The position numbers and the translations under genes are program-made. Shown here one piece after another: positions 50,945 to 64,000 of a stretch of DNA of 64,000 bases (position 1 is the first letter of the stretch; the number at the start of each line of letters is the position of its first letter). This stretch comes from Chrysomallon squamiferum (Eukaryota > Animalia > Mollusca), in NCBI GenBank assembly GCA_012295275.1, contig CM022671.1, forward strand, positions 7,874,001 to 7,938,000, written 5' to 3'. The notes beneath the pieces were generated by a model that was not told the DNA's origin, did no database searches, and saw only the letters and a list, made by a program, of their open reading frames with translations.

Positions 50945-51340
50945 TTTGGAAATTTATATTTGCAGGATCACTACATTATTAGAATATTTCTAAAATCACC
51001 ATATATATATTAGTAAATTTTATATTTATAAAGTCAGTACAAACACATTACTAAATTTATATTTAATCATCAGACTAGTAAATTTGAAATTGTAAAAGCG
51101 CCATAACATTTTAGTAGATTTATTTATGAAACATTACCTTAATATATTAGTTAATGTATGTAATATAATCACCTTAATGCATTAGTAAATGCATATATCT
51201 AAAATTACCTCAACAGTTTAGTAAAATAGTATTTGCAAAATCACCACATATCAGTAAATATTTATATCCATAAAATCACCACCAGTGGTTTGTGAAATAG
51301 TTGTAAAGTCGCCACAATAAATTAGTAATTTTATTTAGTA
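50945..51340. repeat. Degenerate ~35-bp minisatellite, about 11 copies
   Basis: attagtaaatttatattt...aaaatcacc units. Confidence 0.8.
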
Positions 51341-54300
51341 GGTTATTTAGTGTGTGTCCTGCAATAGTTTCACTTATCTTGAACTCAGCATCTGATAGGC
51401 AGGTTTATCTAGTACTTGAAAAACTTATTACATTAGTTTAATGTTTTATTTTGCACTAAATGAAACTACAAAGTCTTATTTTTGTATTACATTCATCTTT
51501 TCCTTGATAAACTGAAAATGATTTCCTGATTAAATATATTTACTGGTACTTAAACCTTGATTAAGTCATTAAGTTTACCAAAATCTGTGAATATTTTAAT
51601 TTGACATCACAGATTTCATAACACAGACCTTGATGAAATGAAATAATTTATCAGAACTTTTGAACACCTTAATCTGTATCATGTAATTCAGTTATTTATG
51701 TTCTTGTTTTAACCTGATTATTTACCTATCTACTTAAATTCCAATGAACTTTATAAATTTAACAAAGTCTTTGAAATGCTTAACTTAATACTATATCAGA
51801 TTAGACAATACAAACATTTAGTTTGTTATTTTTTAACTTTTTTTTTTTTTTTTTTTTAAACCTATGCTATTAAAATCCTGAAGGAAAATTTTATATTGGT
51901 TAACTTCAACAAGTTAAAAGTGTACTCTAATCTGTATACTGTCCAATTTGCCTGTTAAGTGATTTATTACACACAGCTTCAGTTTGAATTTTAAAAATTG
52001 TTTTGTGACAGTAAAATCAGTTTTAAAAAGTTCATTGTTGCACAAATTTAAATGGTTACATGGTTGTATTTATGTGACCTAATGGTTATTAAAATTAAAA
52101 ACATATATTTTTAATATGCTATATATTTGATTTGAATGTGTTAAATGTATCTGAAGAAATAGTAGTTAAAATTAAAAACATGTCTTTTTAACATGCTGTA
52201 TATGGTTTGAATTCATTACGTTTATTTTGACCAAATGGTTGTCAAAATTAAAAACACGTATTCACCACAGCATCAAAAACAGTGTAAAATAACTCTTGCT
52301 TGTCAGATAGAAAGATAAAGGTGATATTTTCTGTATGTCCATCCTTGTTAGACCTGATGTGCACAGGAATTTATATAGAGAATGTGAGAGTGAAATAAAA
52401 ACACAGCTAATATGTGGCAGGTTAGCTTTGCTGGGGAAGTCTTGCAATTGAAACCTCTTGTCTCAAGTGTATAATTGGCATTTCTCAGAGTGTCTGCCAG
52501 TGGGTATAGGAATAATTCACAGCAGTTCCCATCTGTTGACCAGATCAGAGATCACATCACACCCCAGTCTGTTGTTTTAAATCTGGGTGCTCTCTTTTCA
52601 GAATGTGGAATTTACTTAAAGAATAGTATAATCCATTTGTAAAAGCCAAACATTAGCTTGTTAAAAGTTCATCATTTTGTTTTGTTTTTAACAGAGAGTT
52701 TTAAATTTAGCATGTAATTCCTGTTTTATTTATTTGTACTTCATACAGATCTGATTATGGTTTAAATTATAGAAATATTGATGTTTGACTTTAAAAAAAA
52801 AAGAAAAAAGAAAGAAAGATTTAATATTAGTATGTCAATTTACAAACCACATTTAATATTTTCTGAAATTATCCTGTTATAGGAAATGCCATATTTAAAT
52901 AATAAAATTTTGTATTTTAGAGTAGTTAAAGATAGAACTGCTTAGTTTTAAGTTTTTATTTATTTATATATTTATTTATTTATTTATTTATTTTATTATT
53001 TTGGTCTTTTTACTTTTTGTTTGTAACAAAGGTGTGCTTTATCAATTTTTTTTTTTATTAAAAAAATTAACAAAATCAATTTGTATTCAGATTGCATAAA
53101 ATGTTTATTAAACAAAGGAGATAGAAAAGAAAACAATTAAAATAAAATATGTTTTTTTAAAATTGTTATTAAATAAATATTGAAAGAAATGAAGGCTAGC
53201 ATGACTGAACAATACTGTTCTCTGTAGATCACTTCTTGTGACATATAGCTTGTTCGGTGTCTTTGAAAAGATGCATATAATAATAACATTTAAAAAAAAA
53301 AAATCTTCTTGTTATATTTTATAAGTTAATCTTGTAGTACATTCTGAAGGTTGCCTTTTTCATGATTATAATAATAAATAATAATAATACAACATAAATA
53401 AAATGTAAATAATTTTTAATATTAAAATCTATTTGTTTATCAATAAATGATTAAACATTCATGTTTTATATTGTAATAATGATACTTGGCATTATTTTGA
53501 TTGTTGAGCATGATAAAGTTACAATATCAATGCTGCATGTACACAAAGTTCATTCTGCATGTGACAGTAGATAACATATCTTTCAATTTGTAATCTGTAT
53601 GGCCATTGTTAAAATGAGAAATGTTAATCATTAACTCATTCTGAATATCACATTACTATTGTTAACACTGCAGTTGGAGAAAATAGATATATTCATAGAT
53701 TATAATTTGTTTATTTAGTGTTCCTGGTTTCTTTATATATCTCTAAATGTTTTAAAACAATGTTTTGGTTCATGGTTCATGTTATCAAGTTCTATGTTTG
53801 CATGGTGTTAAAAAAAAAATATTATTTGATTGTAAAATGCTGAGGTAACAACACTGTCACAGGTTTGTTCAGGATTTTGATTTAATTTCATAATTTCATA
53901 GAAGAAAAAAAAAATTATTTTACAAAATTATTCATTTTATATGCATTTTTGTTATAACAAATATATTAATCATAACATATGAATTGGCCTTCAGTATAAC
54001 ATGTTGGTTTTAATCATACTATGTTGGCCTTAATTACAACATATATGTGTCAACTTTAATTTCAATGTATATCTGAGAGTGGGGTTAATGTCAAGGTAAG
54101 TAATACAAGTGTGTAAAACATTTATATTGATTTAGTGTCCCATATTCACTGTTCACATTTCTTTATACACATATGTGAAGACTTTGTCTGGACAAATTTA
54201 CCATGGAAGTGTCAAATGAAGCAGGGATATTTTAAACTGTGTCACCTTTGTTATAATGAAAATGTGACACCTTAGTTCAGATGGGTTTTTCTTTCTGTCC

Positions 54301-54930
54301 TTCCAAATAATAGCCACGGTCATCTTCAAGCTCTGTAGTCACCACTGGTCAAGCTGTGTTGATGTTTTATTTTCTTGACCAGGTCTGTTTGGGGATTTTT
54401 GTATAGCATCCACTGTCTGTTTGCCTTTGTGTGTTTCAACTCTGTAGCCGACAGATGTCCACTTATCAAAAAATGAAAGGAAAAAAAGGAATGACCAACA
54501 AAGCTGAGCAGAAATTAAATCTTTTGATGAAATAGCTGAGTTAAATCTTCAGCTAACAACCTCAGAAGAGTTGCATCAAAGAAGATCTTTCATAAAAAAA
54601 CAAGAGCAAAAACTGTTTTCAGTTAAACTTTATTTGCTACCTGAGATTTTTGTTTTCAAGGAAATAGGAAAAGAAATGTATTGCTAAAATGGTATTTTAA
54701 ATTTAAAAAAGAAAATGCTTGTAGTTTTTCAGTACATAATTACATTGTATCTAATATTTATATAATATAATTATGTACTGTAAAACCACAAGCAATATAT
54801 ATATATATATATAGTTCCATATTCTTGGAAACCACTTTTCAATTTATTCAGTACTGTTTTCTACGAAAGTTTTGTTTTTAAAGAAGTAGAAAAAGAAAGA
54901 TATAGGTAAAACGGTATTTAAAATTTTTAA

Positions 54931-55251
<321 letters not shown>

Positions 55252-56509
55252 TGAACAGTGATATACTCAGATTTATTAAATCATCTCGTAAGATATATTT
55301 CTTCTGAAAACTGATAAAATGTATTAATTTGTATATACATATTGATGTGTATGTGTCTACAGATGTTTCATTATTCTTTATTTATTTGTTATTTATTTTT
55401 TATTTCTCTCTGTTTCTCTTTCATGCTTGTTGTTTTCTTTTCTATTTCTTTCTCCTTCTCTTTCTCTTTGTCTTTATCACTTGTGTTTGACTTTGCCTTC
55501 TCAAAACACGTTTGAATCCCACACCTAGCTGTTTCACCAAGTCTTTTTGAATAACTGCAAAGTGAAATATAATCAGGAGCTAATTTTTTTTTTGAGTGTG
55601 AAAATGTTTGTGTGACTCCATGTGACCAGTACACATGTAAGCATTAACAAAGATTTTTGTTATAATGCCTGAAACAAGATCCCAGTTGGACTATTATCAG
55701 TACATATTAGAAATGTAATTACCATAGTGCTCACTAGTTATTACACACAAAGGTGCTCATGTATGCACTGGCAGTATAAAATTGTGCATGGATTTTTGAA
55801 TATATACTGTTTATATTTTGTTATGATGTTTAGGGGTGGTTGCTTTAAGGTAAATTATTTATTTATTTATTTCATGTAAAACAAAATAATAAATTACTCG
55901 AAAGCTAGACATTTTAAAAAATTATTTTGTTTGTAATTGTCAGGGATGGATTCTATATTTCATCATTTCAGTTGATACAGAATTCAGTATGAAATGAATG
56001 ATTTGTTATTATTATTTTGAAATGTACTACATGTATTCATTTAATAACAGCATACTAAATAGTATTATAAACTTATGATGTTCATATAACCTGCAGGAAT
56101 AAATAACAAAGTGATATTGATGTCATTGCAGTGTAAGATATTAAATATTATTCAGCTGAAATAATATTAATTTATCTGTATACCTCATCCTTTTTTCTGT
56201 CTTTTCAAAAAAGGGTTTTTTCTGAAGACTATGTTATTGTAATAACCTAGACTGATAATGTAGTTGTCATGGGAACTGTATTGAACATTTTCAGTTTCTG
56301 TTGAATTATTATACTTAGTCTGTTAGAGTTTACAAATCTGTTAGATTTAGCCTACACTGGGGGTCAGTTTGTAGTGTTACTGTTAACAGAAAGAATTACA
56401 TTATTTAAAAGTTTCTGAAGAGTAACAGCCATGCTAATATCATTTAATATATTGTTACATAGTTCATTCCATTATCATCAGCTCTTTCATCCTAAATTAA
56501 AATCAGCTG

Positions 56510-56810
56510 CTTTTTCTCTCTCTCTGCAATTTCTGTCTCCTCTTTCACTTTCTCTGTAATTCACTTACTCACTAACTCTTTATTTTTCTGTTTCTGTATT
56601 TTTTTCTCTTTCTTTCTCACCATTATGCCCCTCGATCTTTCATATTTTTTCTATCACCATTTAACTCATTCAATTTCTCTCTCATTTTCTCCTTTTCCAC
56701 TATCATTCTTTCTTTGATTTTTCTCTTTCTCCCTCTCTCTCTCTCTTTCTTTCCCTATCTTTCCACCTCTCTTTTTTCTCTCTTTCTCTTTCTCTCATAT
56801 CCACTCACTT
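56510..56810. repeat. Pyrimidine-rich (CT/TTC) low-complexity tract
   Basis: Read directly. Confidence 0.8.
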
Positions 56811-58202
56811 CTGCCTGTTACCTGTGTAACAAATTATCTCCTCTGACTGGATTGTGTGTGTAACTTGCCCTGTTTTGATACAAGAGTAGAGAATGGAAGT
56901 AAACTGTGTTGGGTGAAGTTGACACAAGCTCCATGGTTTTGGTAGATGAATGGCTTCCTCTCGTATTGTTCAAATGTCATCTCTGATAATATTTGTTGAG
57001 AGACAAGCAAACTGAAAAGACATGAGTCTTTTTCTCTTTTTTTTTGGCATTTTTATTTTATTTCAAAATGTTCTTTACTTCATTCAGTAGGGTAAGTTTA
57101 AGAATGAAAGTAATGTGATGAGGATTCAAAGGTGTTATGAGTTTTTTTGCTGGTATTATTTGATCAATATTACTACATTAGATTAATATTAATATTTTGT
57201 AATTTAGACTGTTGTAATTTTCATTTTGGAAGGATTTATTAATTCACTCTCACCTACTGACTGCCTGACAAATGAAAAACTTAATAGTTAATATACTGGA
57301 GTATCTTAATTTTCTTCTTCTTCTTTTTCTTACTATATTATTATCATCATCATCATTTTCTTTTTCTTTCGTTATTTTTTTACTTTTATCGTTATTTCTG
57401 TTATTACTATTGTTGTTGTTATTATTGGATTAGTATTAATATTTTGTTTTTAAAAGTAAAGTGAAATTGATATTTAAAAAGCTATTACATGGAAGATCTT
57501 AAGTACATCCATCAAAATGTAATTTTATAATAATTTTTGACGTAAATGAAAAATATTCAACTCTGGTTAATAGTTATAAATGCATTAGGGGCATGTCCAT
57601 TATCATTTAGACTTCGAAAAATATATGAACAGAAAAAAAAAAAAATTAAATTAATGAAGTTACCAGGATTATGCAATAAAATTTTATAGTAGATCATATT
57701 TGCCTTGTCACATTTATTTTTATGATCTGTTTTTTAAACCATTTTCATTATTACTGTGACATCCAAAAAGTAGTATCATAATTGATTTTAACTCAGAGAA
57801 TCAGATAATTACAAATAGAAAAAGCCTGTGTTGTTAGTAAAGATAAAGACCAGTTTGTTTTTACTTATAATTATCGTAATGTAGTTTTCAGATTTTTTTT
57901 TTGTCAGTGATTTTACCCACAGTATTAATTTGTCTTCCAAAAATATTGTTTGATTACGGTATCCCTGATTTTCATCTTTATAAAAGCTTGATGTTTCTTC
58001 TTTTTTACAATAAATAAAAGTATCTTTAATGATATTTTATTGTCACAACAGATGCAGATACGCAGTTTCTACAGTGATCTGTTTATTCTTAAGCATCTTG
58101 ATATCTTAGTTTATGAATAATCTGTCAACTATTCATTACCATATTGTCAACATTTTTTAAAGAAAATATACTGACTTAATAAATAAAATATTTATCTTCC
58201 AG

Positions 58203-58847
58203 GTGATGTTCTTGTCTACATCAACAACAAGTGTGTCCTGGGTTACACTCACCAGGATGTTGTAGGTGTCTTCCAGAACATTGCCCCGGGGGACACCGTC
58301 GTCCTCGACGTCTGCCGCGGCTACACCCTGCCCTTCGACCCCAACGACCCCAACACGGAGATCGTCACCACGGTGGCAGTGACAGTACCTCAGGAAGCCA
58401 ACACGTCCAACACCCCCTCCCTCTCCAGCCTGCCCCAGGAGCCTCTCAACACGTCACAACGAAGCATGAAGTCCCTGCCAGACTTGGCGCGGTCCGCCAG
58501 TGCTCACCAGAACCTCAGTTTCGGACAGAACAGCATGCCCGGCGACTTCGCAGCAACAGACAATGCACCCGATGTGCTGAACACGGTCAGCAGTAACCGA
58601 GGGGAAACTCTGGTCATACACATTGTGCGTGGTCCCATGGGGTTTGGGTTCACGATAGCTGACAGTCCGTACGGGCAGAGGGTGAAGCAGATTCTGGACA
58701 GGCCGAGGTGTAAGAATCTGATGGAAGGGGATGTGTTGGTGGAAATCAATGGCACTGTGGTTAGGGACATGTCTCATGCTGAAATTGTTAATGTTTTAAA
58801 AGAGTGTCTGGTTGGAGAAGAAACTGTGATTAAAGTGCAGAGGGGAG
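58203..58847 (+). CDS. MAGI: MAGI exon 10 (end of PDZ1, linker, PDZ2)
   Basis: tatcttccag| GDVLVYINNKCVLGYTHQDVVGVFQ...CRGYTLPFDPNDPNTEIV...IVRGPMGFGFTIADSPYGQRVKQILDRPRCKNLMEGD...VQRG |gtaagt. 645 nt, phase 1-1. Confidence 0.97.
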
Positions 58848-59234
58848 GTAAGTTGTTCTGTTTTATTAAAGAAAAGGAGGAGATAATTAAATTTTGCTAT
58901 TCTTTTTTTTGGTTATTATGTTATATCAGTAGTGTATTATCTGTAGCAGTAATGTTATTTATTCTTAATTAATTCAAAGCAAAATTTTTTTTCAGTAATT
59001 ACAAACCTATAATTCGATTATAAAACCATTTCTGTTTAATATCAGTTAGCAGCAATATTTATTTTTTTTTTTTTTTTTACATATTAAGTAAGAACTAATT
59101 ATAAAAAAAAAAGGTTTCGATAAGAATATTTGAATACTTTATTAAATTATAAAAACAATTATAATGTGTAATTGTGAATTTTGTATTATCTTCTGTATGC
59201 AGTTAGATGAAGAAAAGTTTGATTTTGTTTTCAG

Positions 59235-59272
59235 TTGTTCCACTGCACAGACCCAAAAAGCCAATCAAACTG
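59235..59272 (+). CDS. MAGI: MAGI exon 11 (38-nt linker mini-exon)
   Basis: ttgttttcag| VVPLHRPKKPIKL |gtaagt. Phase 1-0, needed to bring exon 12 into frame. Confidence 0.85.
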
Positions 59273-60239
59273 GTAAGTGTGGCTCATTTGGTTAATTGAC
59301 AAAAGTCATTTTTCACTTATGTTTTCATCTGTCAAAACTACAAATAGCAATACTTGTTTTATTAAATGACAGACTATAATATACTGGTTTTATTATTTGC
59401 CTAAAGGTATTATTTTAATTAATTACATTTTACAAGCCTTTGGACATGTTCATTTTAAGAGCTAACAGAATTTTATATATTAAATCTATTTTACTATCTA
59501 AAAAATAAATTTCTGGCTAAATTATTATTATTTTTAAATTTTATTTTGAGGGGGGTTAATAAATGTACTTTTGAATGTGCTCAGTCTTACTAGAGTTTTC
59601 TTAATATTAGGTTACAAAAAGTTGTTAATTGATATGATTTATATTACTGTCTCTTTTATTGTTTTTAATTCTTTTATTTATTAAAAATAAAAAGTTTAAG
59701 TATCATATTGATTACCAGAATTAATAACTCTATTAACTTCTTTTCTTTTCAGTTAAATTAATTTTTATTTATTTATTAATTTTTCATTTTAAACTTTTTT
59801 ATACTTATTTATTTAATAATTATTATTACTATTATTATTACTATTATTATTATTATCATTTTTTGTGGGGGAGGTAATACATATTTGCATTTAGATTTTT
59901 ATTTTCAATTTTTTATTACTACTTTTATTTCATTGTGTTATTAATGACATATTCCATTTATATGGGCAATTATGTTAATATTTTTAAACTATAAAATACT
60001 ATAAAATTTAATTTTTAATTTTTTAATTTTTATATTTTATTTTTTAATTTTATACTGTTAATAATAACATATACCATTTGTTTGAATATTAAGTTCTATT
60101 TTGATTAATTTTTGATTTATTATTGTTATTTTTATTATTATTATTAATGACACAGCATCTAAAAGGATAATTTGTTAGAAATAGATTTAAAAACTACCAA
60201 ATGAAACTAGTTAACATTTATTTTTATCTTTTTCTTCAG

Positions 60240-60354
60240 TCTAAAAGTTTTGATGACAAGTTGCGGCCGGGAGTTGAACCAACGTTTACAAATCAGCCAG
60301 GTGCTTACTTCTTCAACGGAGAACAGCAACATGAAGGACAGAATGAAACAAGAG
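60240..60354 (+). CDS. MAGI: MAGI exon 12 (PDZ2-PDZ3 linker); the gene continues beyond the window
   Basis: tttcttcag| SKSFDDKLRPGVEPTFTNQPGAYFFNGEQQHEGQNETR |gtaaaa. 115 nt, phase 0-1. Confidence 0.85.
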
Positions 60355-60464
60355 GTAAAACAGTCACATCACTGCAGTTAAAACAACTCTTAATTAGCAT
60401 TTAACTGTATTTAATGTGATATTTTTGTTATTAAAAATAGAAATTATGTATAAAAATATATGTT

Positions 60465-60586
60465 TATTTATTTATTTATTTATTTATTAATTATTATTAA
60501 TATTAATTTATTCTTATAAATATTTATTTATTTATTTATTTTTATTAATTAATTAATTATTAATATTAATTTATTCTTAGAAATAT

Positions 60587-60622
<36 letters not shown>

Positions 60623-60642
60623 TTTTTTTATTTATTTATTAA
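60465..60642. repeat. (TTTA)n-rich low-complexity tract with an internal duplication
   Basis: Read directly. Confidence 0.9.
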
Positions 60643-60879
60643 TAAAATTCTGTTAACTACAAATTATAATATAACTTGAAGATCTTTTCCTACAGCCCTA
60701 AATCTTTTTGTTTTACATTGATTCCAATGCTTTTCAAACCAGCTTGTAATGTTTCACTTAACTAGTATTGCTCAATTTATGTATTTCATTTATCTACTAT
60801 GTGTGTATATATAAATATAAATACATACACACACATACACACTTACATGCAATCACAAGCTCATATTACACTTCTGAAT

Positions 60880-61225
60880 CATTTATCAAGATACTCAGTC
60901 TGTTTTACTCGTTCTTCTTGTAATCCACCAGAAAGTTACTCAGTCTGTTTTTATTTTGTGCTTTCAGTTATAATTAATTTTTTTCCTTAAAGCTTCAGAA
61001 ATATGCTCAGTCTGTTTTCATAATTATATTCTTCTAATCACATAATTTTTCTAAATCCACCAGAAAGATACTCAGTCTGTTTTTTCAATTGTTCACTTAG
61101 TCAGGGTTTAGTTGAAGGGTTGTTTTTTTTATGTGTGTGTGGTTTTTTTTCTCTTTTTTTTCCCCTGAAATCTTTAGAATGTTACTCAGTCTGTTTTAAC
61201 AATTGTTCTTGTAGTCACTGTTATT
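60880..61225. repeat. Degenerate tandem repeat with core (t/g)(a/g)ctcagtctgtttt, 5 copies
   Basis: ctcagtctgtttt at about 60894, 60939, 61006, 61071 and 61185. Confidence 0.8.
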
Positions 61226-61394
61226 TTATAAGGAAAAGTAGTTAGTGTTTTTATTGTCTTAGGAAATATCTTTCACATACTAGAACACATGTCAGGAGAT
61301 AAATTCTCCTCACACATTTAACTGTAATATGAATTTAATAGAGTTGTTGATGTGCTGTATCTCATAGCCTGGAAACAGTAAAAGGCTTGTCAGG

Positions 61395-61640
61395 GTTTGG
61401 TGTATGATGTGTTTATATGCATGTTCACCATTAGTGATTTGACTCAGGTATTTAGATCTGGGTATATGATGTGTTTATATACATTTTCACTTAGTGACTG
61501 TGACTACTGAGTTACTGTTAATTTGGAATATGATGTGTTTCTGAATTAGTGATTACAACACGGGTATTTTGATTTTGAAATATGGTGTATTTATATATAT
61601 TTTCTCAGTAATTATTTTGAAGAAGGGATTTAGATATGTT
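61395..61640. repeat. Degenerate ~60-bp tandem repeat
   Basis: tatgatgtgtttatat...ttagtga(t/c)t units repeated about 4 times. Confidence 0.7.
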
Positions 61641-64000
61641 CACTTTGCTAGGCATACACCAGCCTTTTTTCTCATTGCCTCATTTAGCTTTTCATAATAA
61701 TTTTGACTGAGAAATAACACTAGATTGTATGTTTTCAAATTAGTGTTTCATTTACTAAAACTAACTTAAGGGATAGACCCTGATTTGCAGGAAAGAAGGG
61801 CGCCATAATTTTGATGGAGATAATTTTATTACAAAGGGAAAAATATCAATATCAGTAAGAATAAAACATGGATCTATGTATATTAATCTTCATTGCTTTC
61901 TTCTCTTACTTGTATTTTAAAAAAAAAAAAAAAAACAACAAATTAAATCTTTCTTTCCTTTATTTGTTCTTTACTGGGGTTTTTTCCCCTCTTCTGTCAG
62001 CCAGTTCATTTGTCTTCATATTTTATCAGTTTGTAACTGTCTCGCCTGGAAGGTTTTCCTACCTCTGTTTTAAACTGGCCTCTTTCCACTGGCCTGTCTA
62101 GCACTAGTTCAGTGAAACGAGACATAAATCACCCTGGAAGTGCCGGCTTTGCACGATGATTCATAAAAGATAGCTTTGTAGGGTTCACATTTCTACAAGA
62201 ACATCCACAGAGGTGTTCTTTGAACTGAACACAATTCTTATCACTTACTGCTTTCTTTAATGTCTCGTGTAAATGCTAATAGTTAATGTCTGCCACATAC
62301 AGCTTTTTTTTTTTTTTTTTTTTTTTTTCCTCTTTTGAATAATTAATAATAATGAATTTGTATATACTTGCTACTTGTAATCTAGTATTTTCCTAATACT
62401 GGCAATAAATAAATGTTAAAGCTTCATATTTAATTAGATTATTTATTATTTTGTTATCTACTGATTTACTGCTTCCGTTACTGCTGTATAATATTCAGAA
62501 AGACAAAAGGTTTATGTTTTACTGTAATGCTCAAAGTTTGTTTTGTTCTTTGATAACATGGAAGTTATGCCTGACATTTACTGGCCAGTGATTATGATGT
62601 ATCAGTGTGCAGGTCTTTGCAGATTTAAAAAAATATATTTCAGTAGCTGTTTACTAGTATATTTAAAGAAGAAGACAGGCTTATAATATTAATACACATA
62701 GTAAAAATGATTTTTTTTTTTTTAAATATCTTATTACTGAAAAAATCGCTGAAATTATATGTTTAAATAATATTTGTTCAACTTAAAAAAAAATAATAAT
62801 AACAAAAATCTTCAAAATGAAATTATAAATAAATACACATATTGTCCTAGACAAGTAAATTGTTACAAGTATGTGGAACTATTTAATACAGATCATGCCT
62901 ACTGAAAAGATAAGTGTTATCATCACAGATACAGACTGACAACAACTGTGTAGACAGAATTTTAAACATTAAGCTTGCCAGTCTTTTAGAATGGAAGGGA
63001 GTGCAGGTCAGAAAAACTTCCTCTTTACAGTCAGTGTTGTGTGAGAAGATTGAAATGTAAAATGGAAGACGTAGAAAGAGGTGATGTAAATGTAAATATG
63101 AAATAAAAGAAATGTAAAACTGTTAGCCTGCATCTCGTAATTAAGGTTGGAGTACGCAGACGTAAAGCTAATAGCTAAAACAGATTTCTTTAATCGGCCT
63201 CATTTGGTATCACGCTGGAAGTATTTTTAGTCTCGTGCTGCAAGAAGAGCTACAGCTCGTTTGTGGTATTTTCTTGTTTTCTCTGTCTGGAGAGTTCTCA
63301 TTCCTCCCTGCTTGTGGCTGAAGAGATTGGTGAATATTTTCTGTCAGGTGTTTAGTTGTTGGTGGGGGTTACTTTCTGTTTGCACCACCATTTTTTTTTT
63401 TATTATATTTTTTTTTTTTTTTTTTTTTCACAAAAACTGTTTATTGTGGCAGCTGATTTAAGTGAAGTTTTAAGACAGGAGGGTTGAGAGGTGGAAATGT
63501 TTTAATGTTTTACACAGACGAAATCAGCAAACATTCATCTTTTTGATAAGACTGTCTGCATTCTTTTAACTTCCACTAATTCTATTTTGAACAACTGAAC
63601 TTTATGAAACAGAACCTGCTCTTTCCTTTCTTCTTCGGATTCTTTTTTGATTTTTTTCTTCATGGTATTGCAGACAGAAACAAAAGAAAAATTTCCTTTC
63701 AGAACAGCCCAAACAAATCTGACAGATATTTCAAAAAGTTCTTCTGCAGTTCAGTTTCTTAAAGTGAAATATGTTTTAGAATTTCTTTATTCATGGATTC
63801 TTTATTTGTTTCTTTACCTCTGAAACAGTGTTATGTCTTCTTTGTTTTGCAAATTGGATTATATTCTTTTAGGATTTTCATGAAATGTTTTTGCTTTCAA
63901 GAGAGGATCACAGATGTTTAAAATCTAATAACAGTGTTTTAACAGACTGGACATGTCCAAGTGGATATTGTTTTTACCTGGCATTGATTACCTTGGTGTT

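Noticed and set aside
54078-54101. Perfect donor AAG|GTAAGT suggesting a microexon
   Set aside because: Only weak GAG acceptors upstream, and the in-phase 18-nt version contains TAA.
58231-58777. Overlapping alternative-frame (121 aa) and antisense (107 and 88 aa) ORFs
   Set aside because: Expected by-products of the GC-rich codon usage of exon 10; no independent evidence.
61765-61800. ttaagggatagaccctg, a possible DNA-transposon terminus
   Set aside because: No matching inverted end or TSD found.

Overview
Very AT-rich, microsatellite-rich, intron-dominated animal genomic DNA, most likely from a gastropod mollusc (inferred from remembered SINE-like remnants, not from a search). The window holds two genes, both on the + strand. 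(1) The last exon (about 415-1558) of an unknown gene encoding a Cys-containing segment, six 16-aa repeats, a highly Asp/Glu/Asn-rich region and a hydrophobic C-terminal anchor. (2) The 5' part of a MAGI (membrane-associated guanylate kinase, inverted) gene: 12 phase-consistent GT-AG exons from 3917 to 60354, 722 codons, encoding PDZ0-GK-WW1-WW2-PDZ1-PDZ2 and continuing past the window. A 34-kb intron (15481-49603) separates WW1 from WW2. It contains several candidate alternative exons that splice in frame onto the WW2 exon: a 65-codon exon with a GC donor and a Cx2Cx4Cx5H motif, and a two-exon leader whose junction creates an ATG. It also contains a 345-bp hAT-type MITE with a perfect 8-bp target-site duplication. 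Most short ORFs in the supplied track are artefacts of low-complexity repeats. No prokaryotic features, CRISPR arrays, rRNA or intact tRNA genes were seen.
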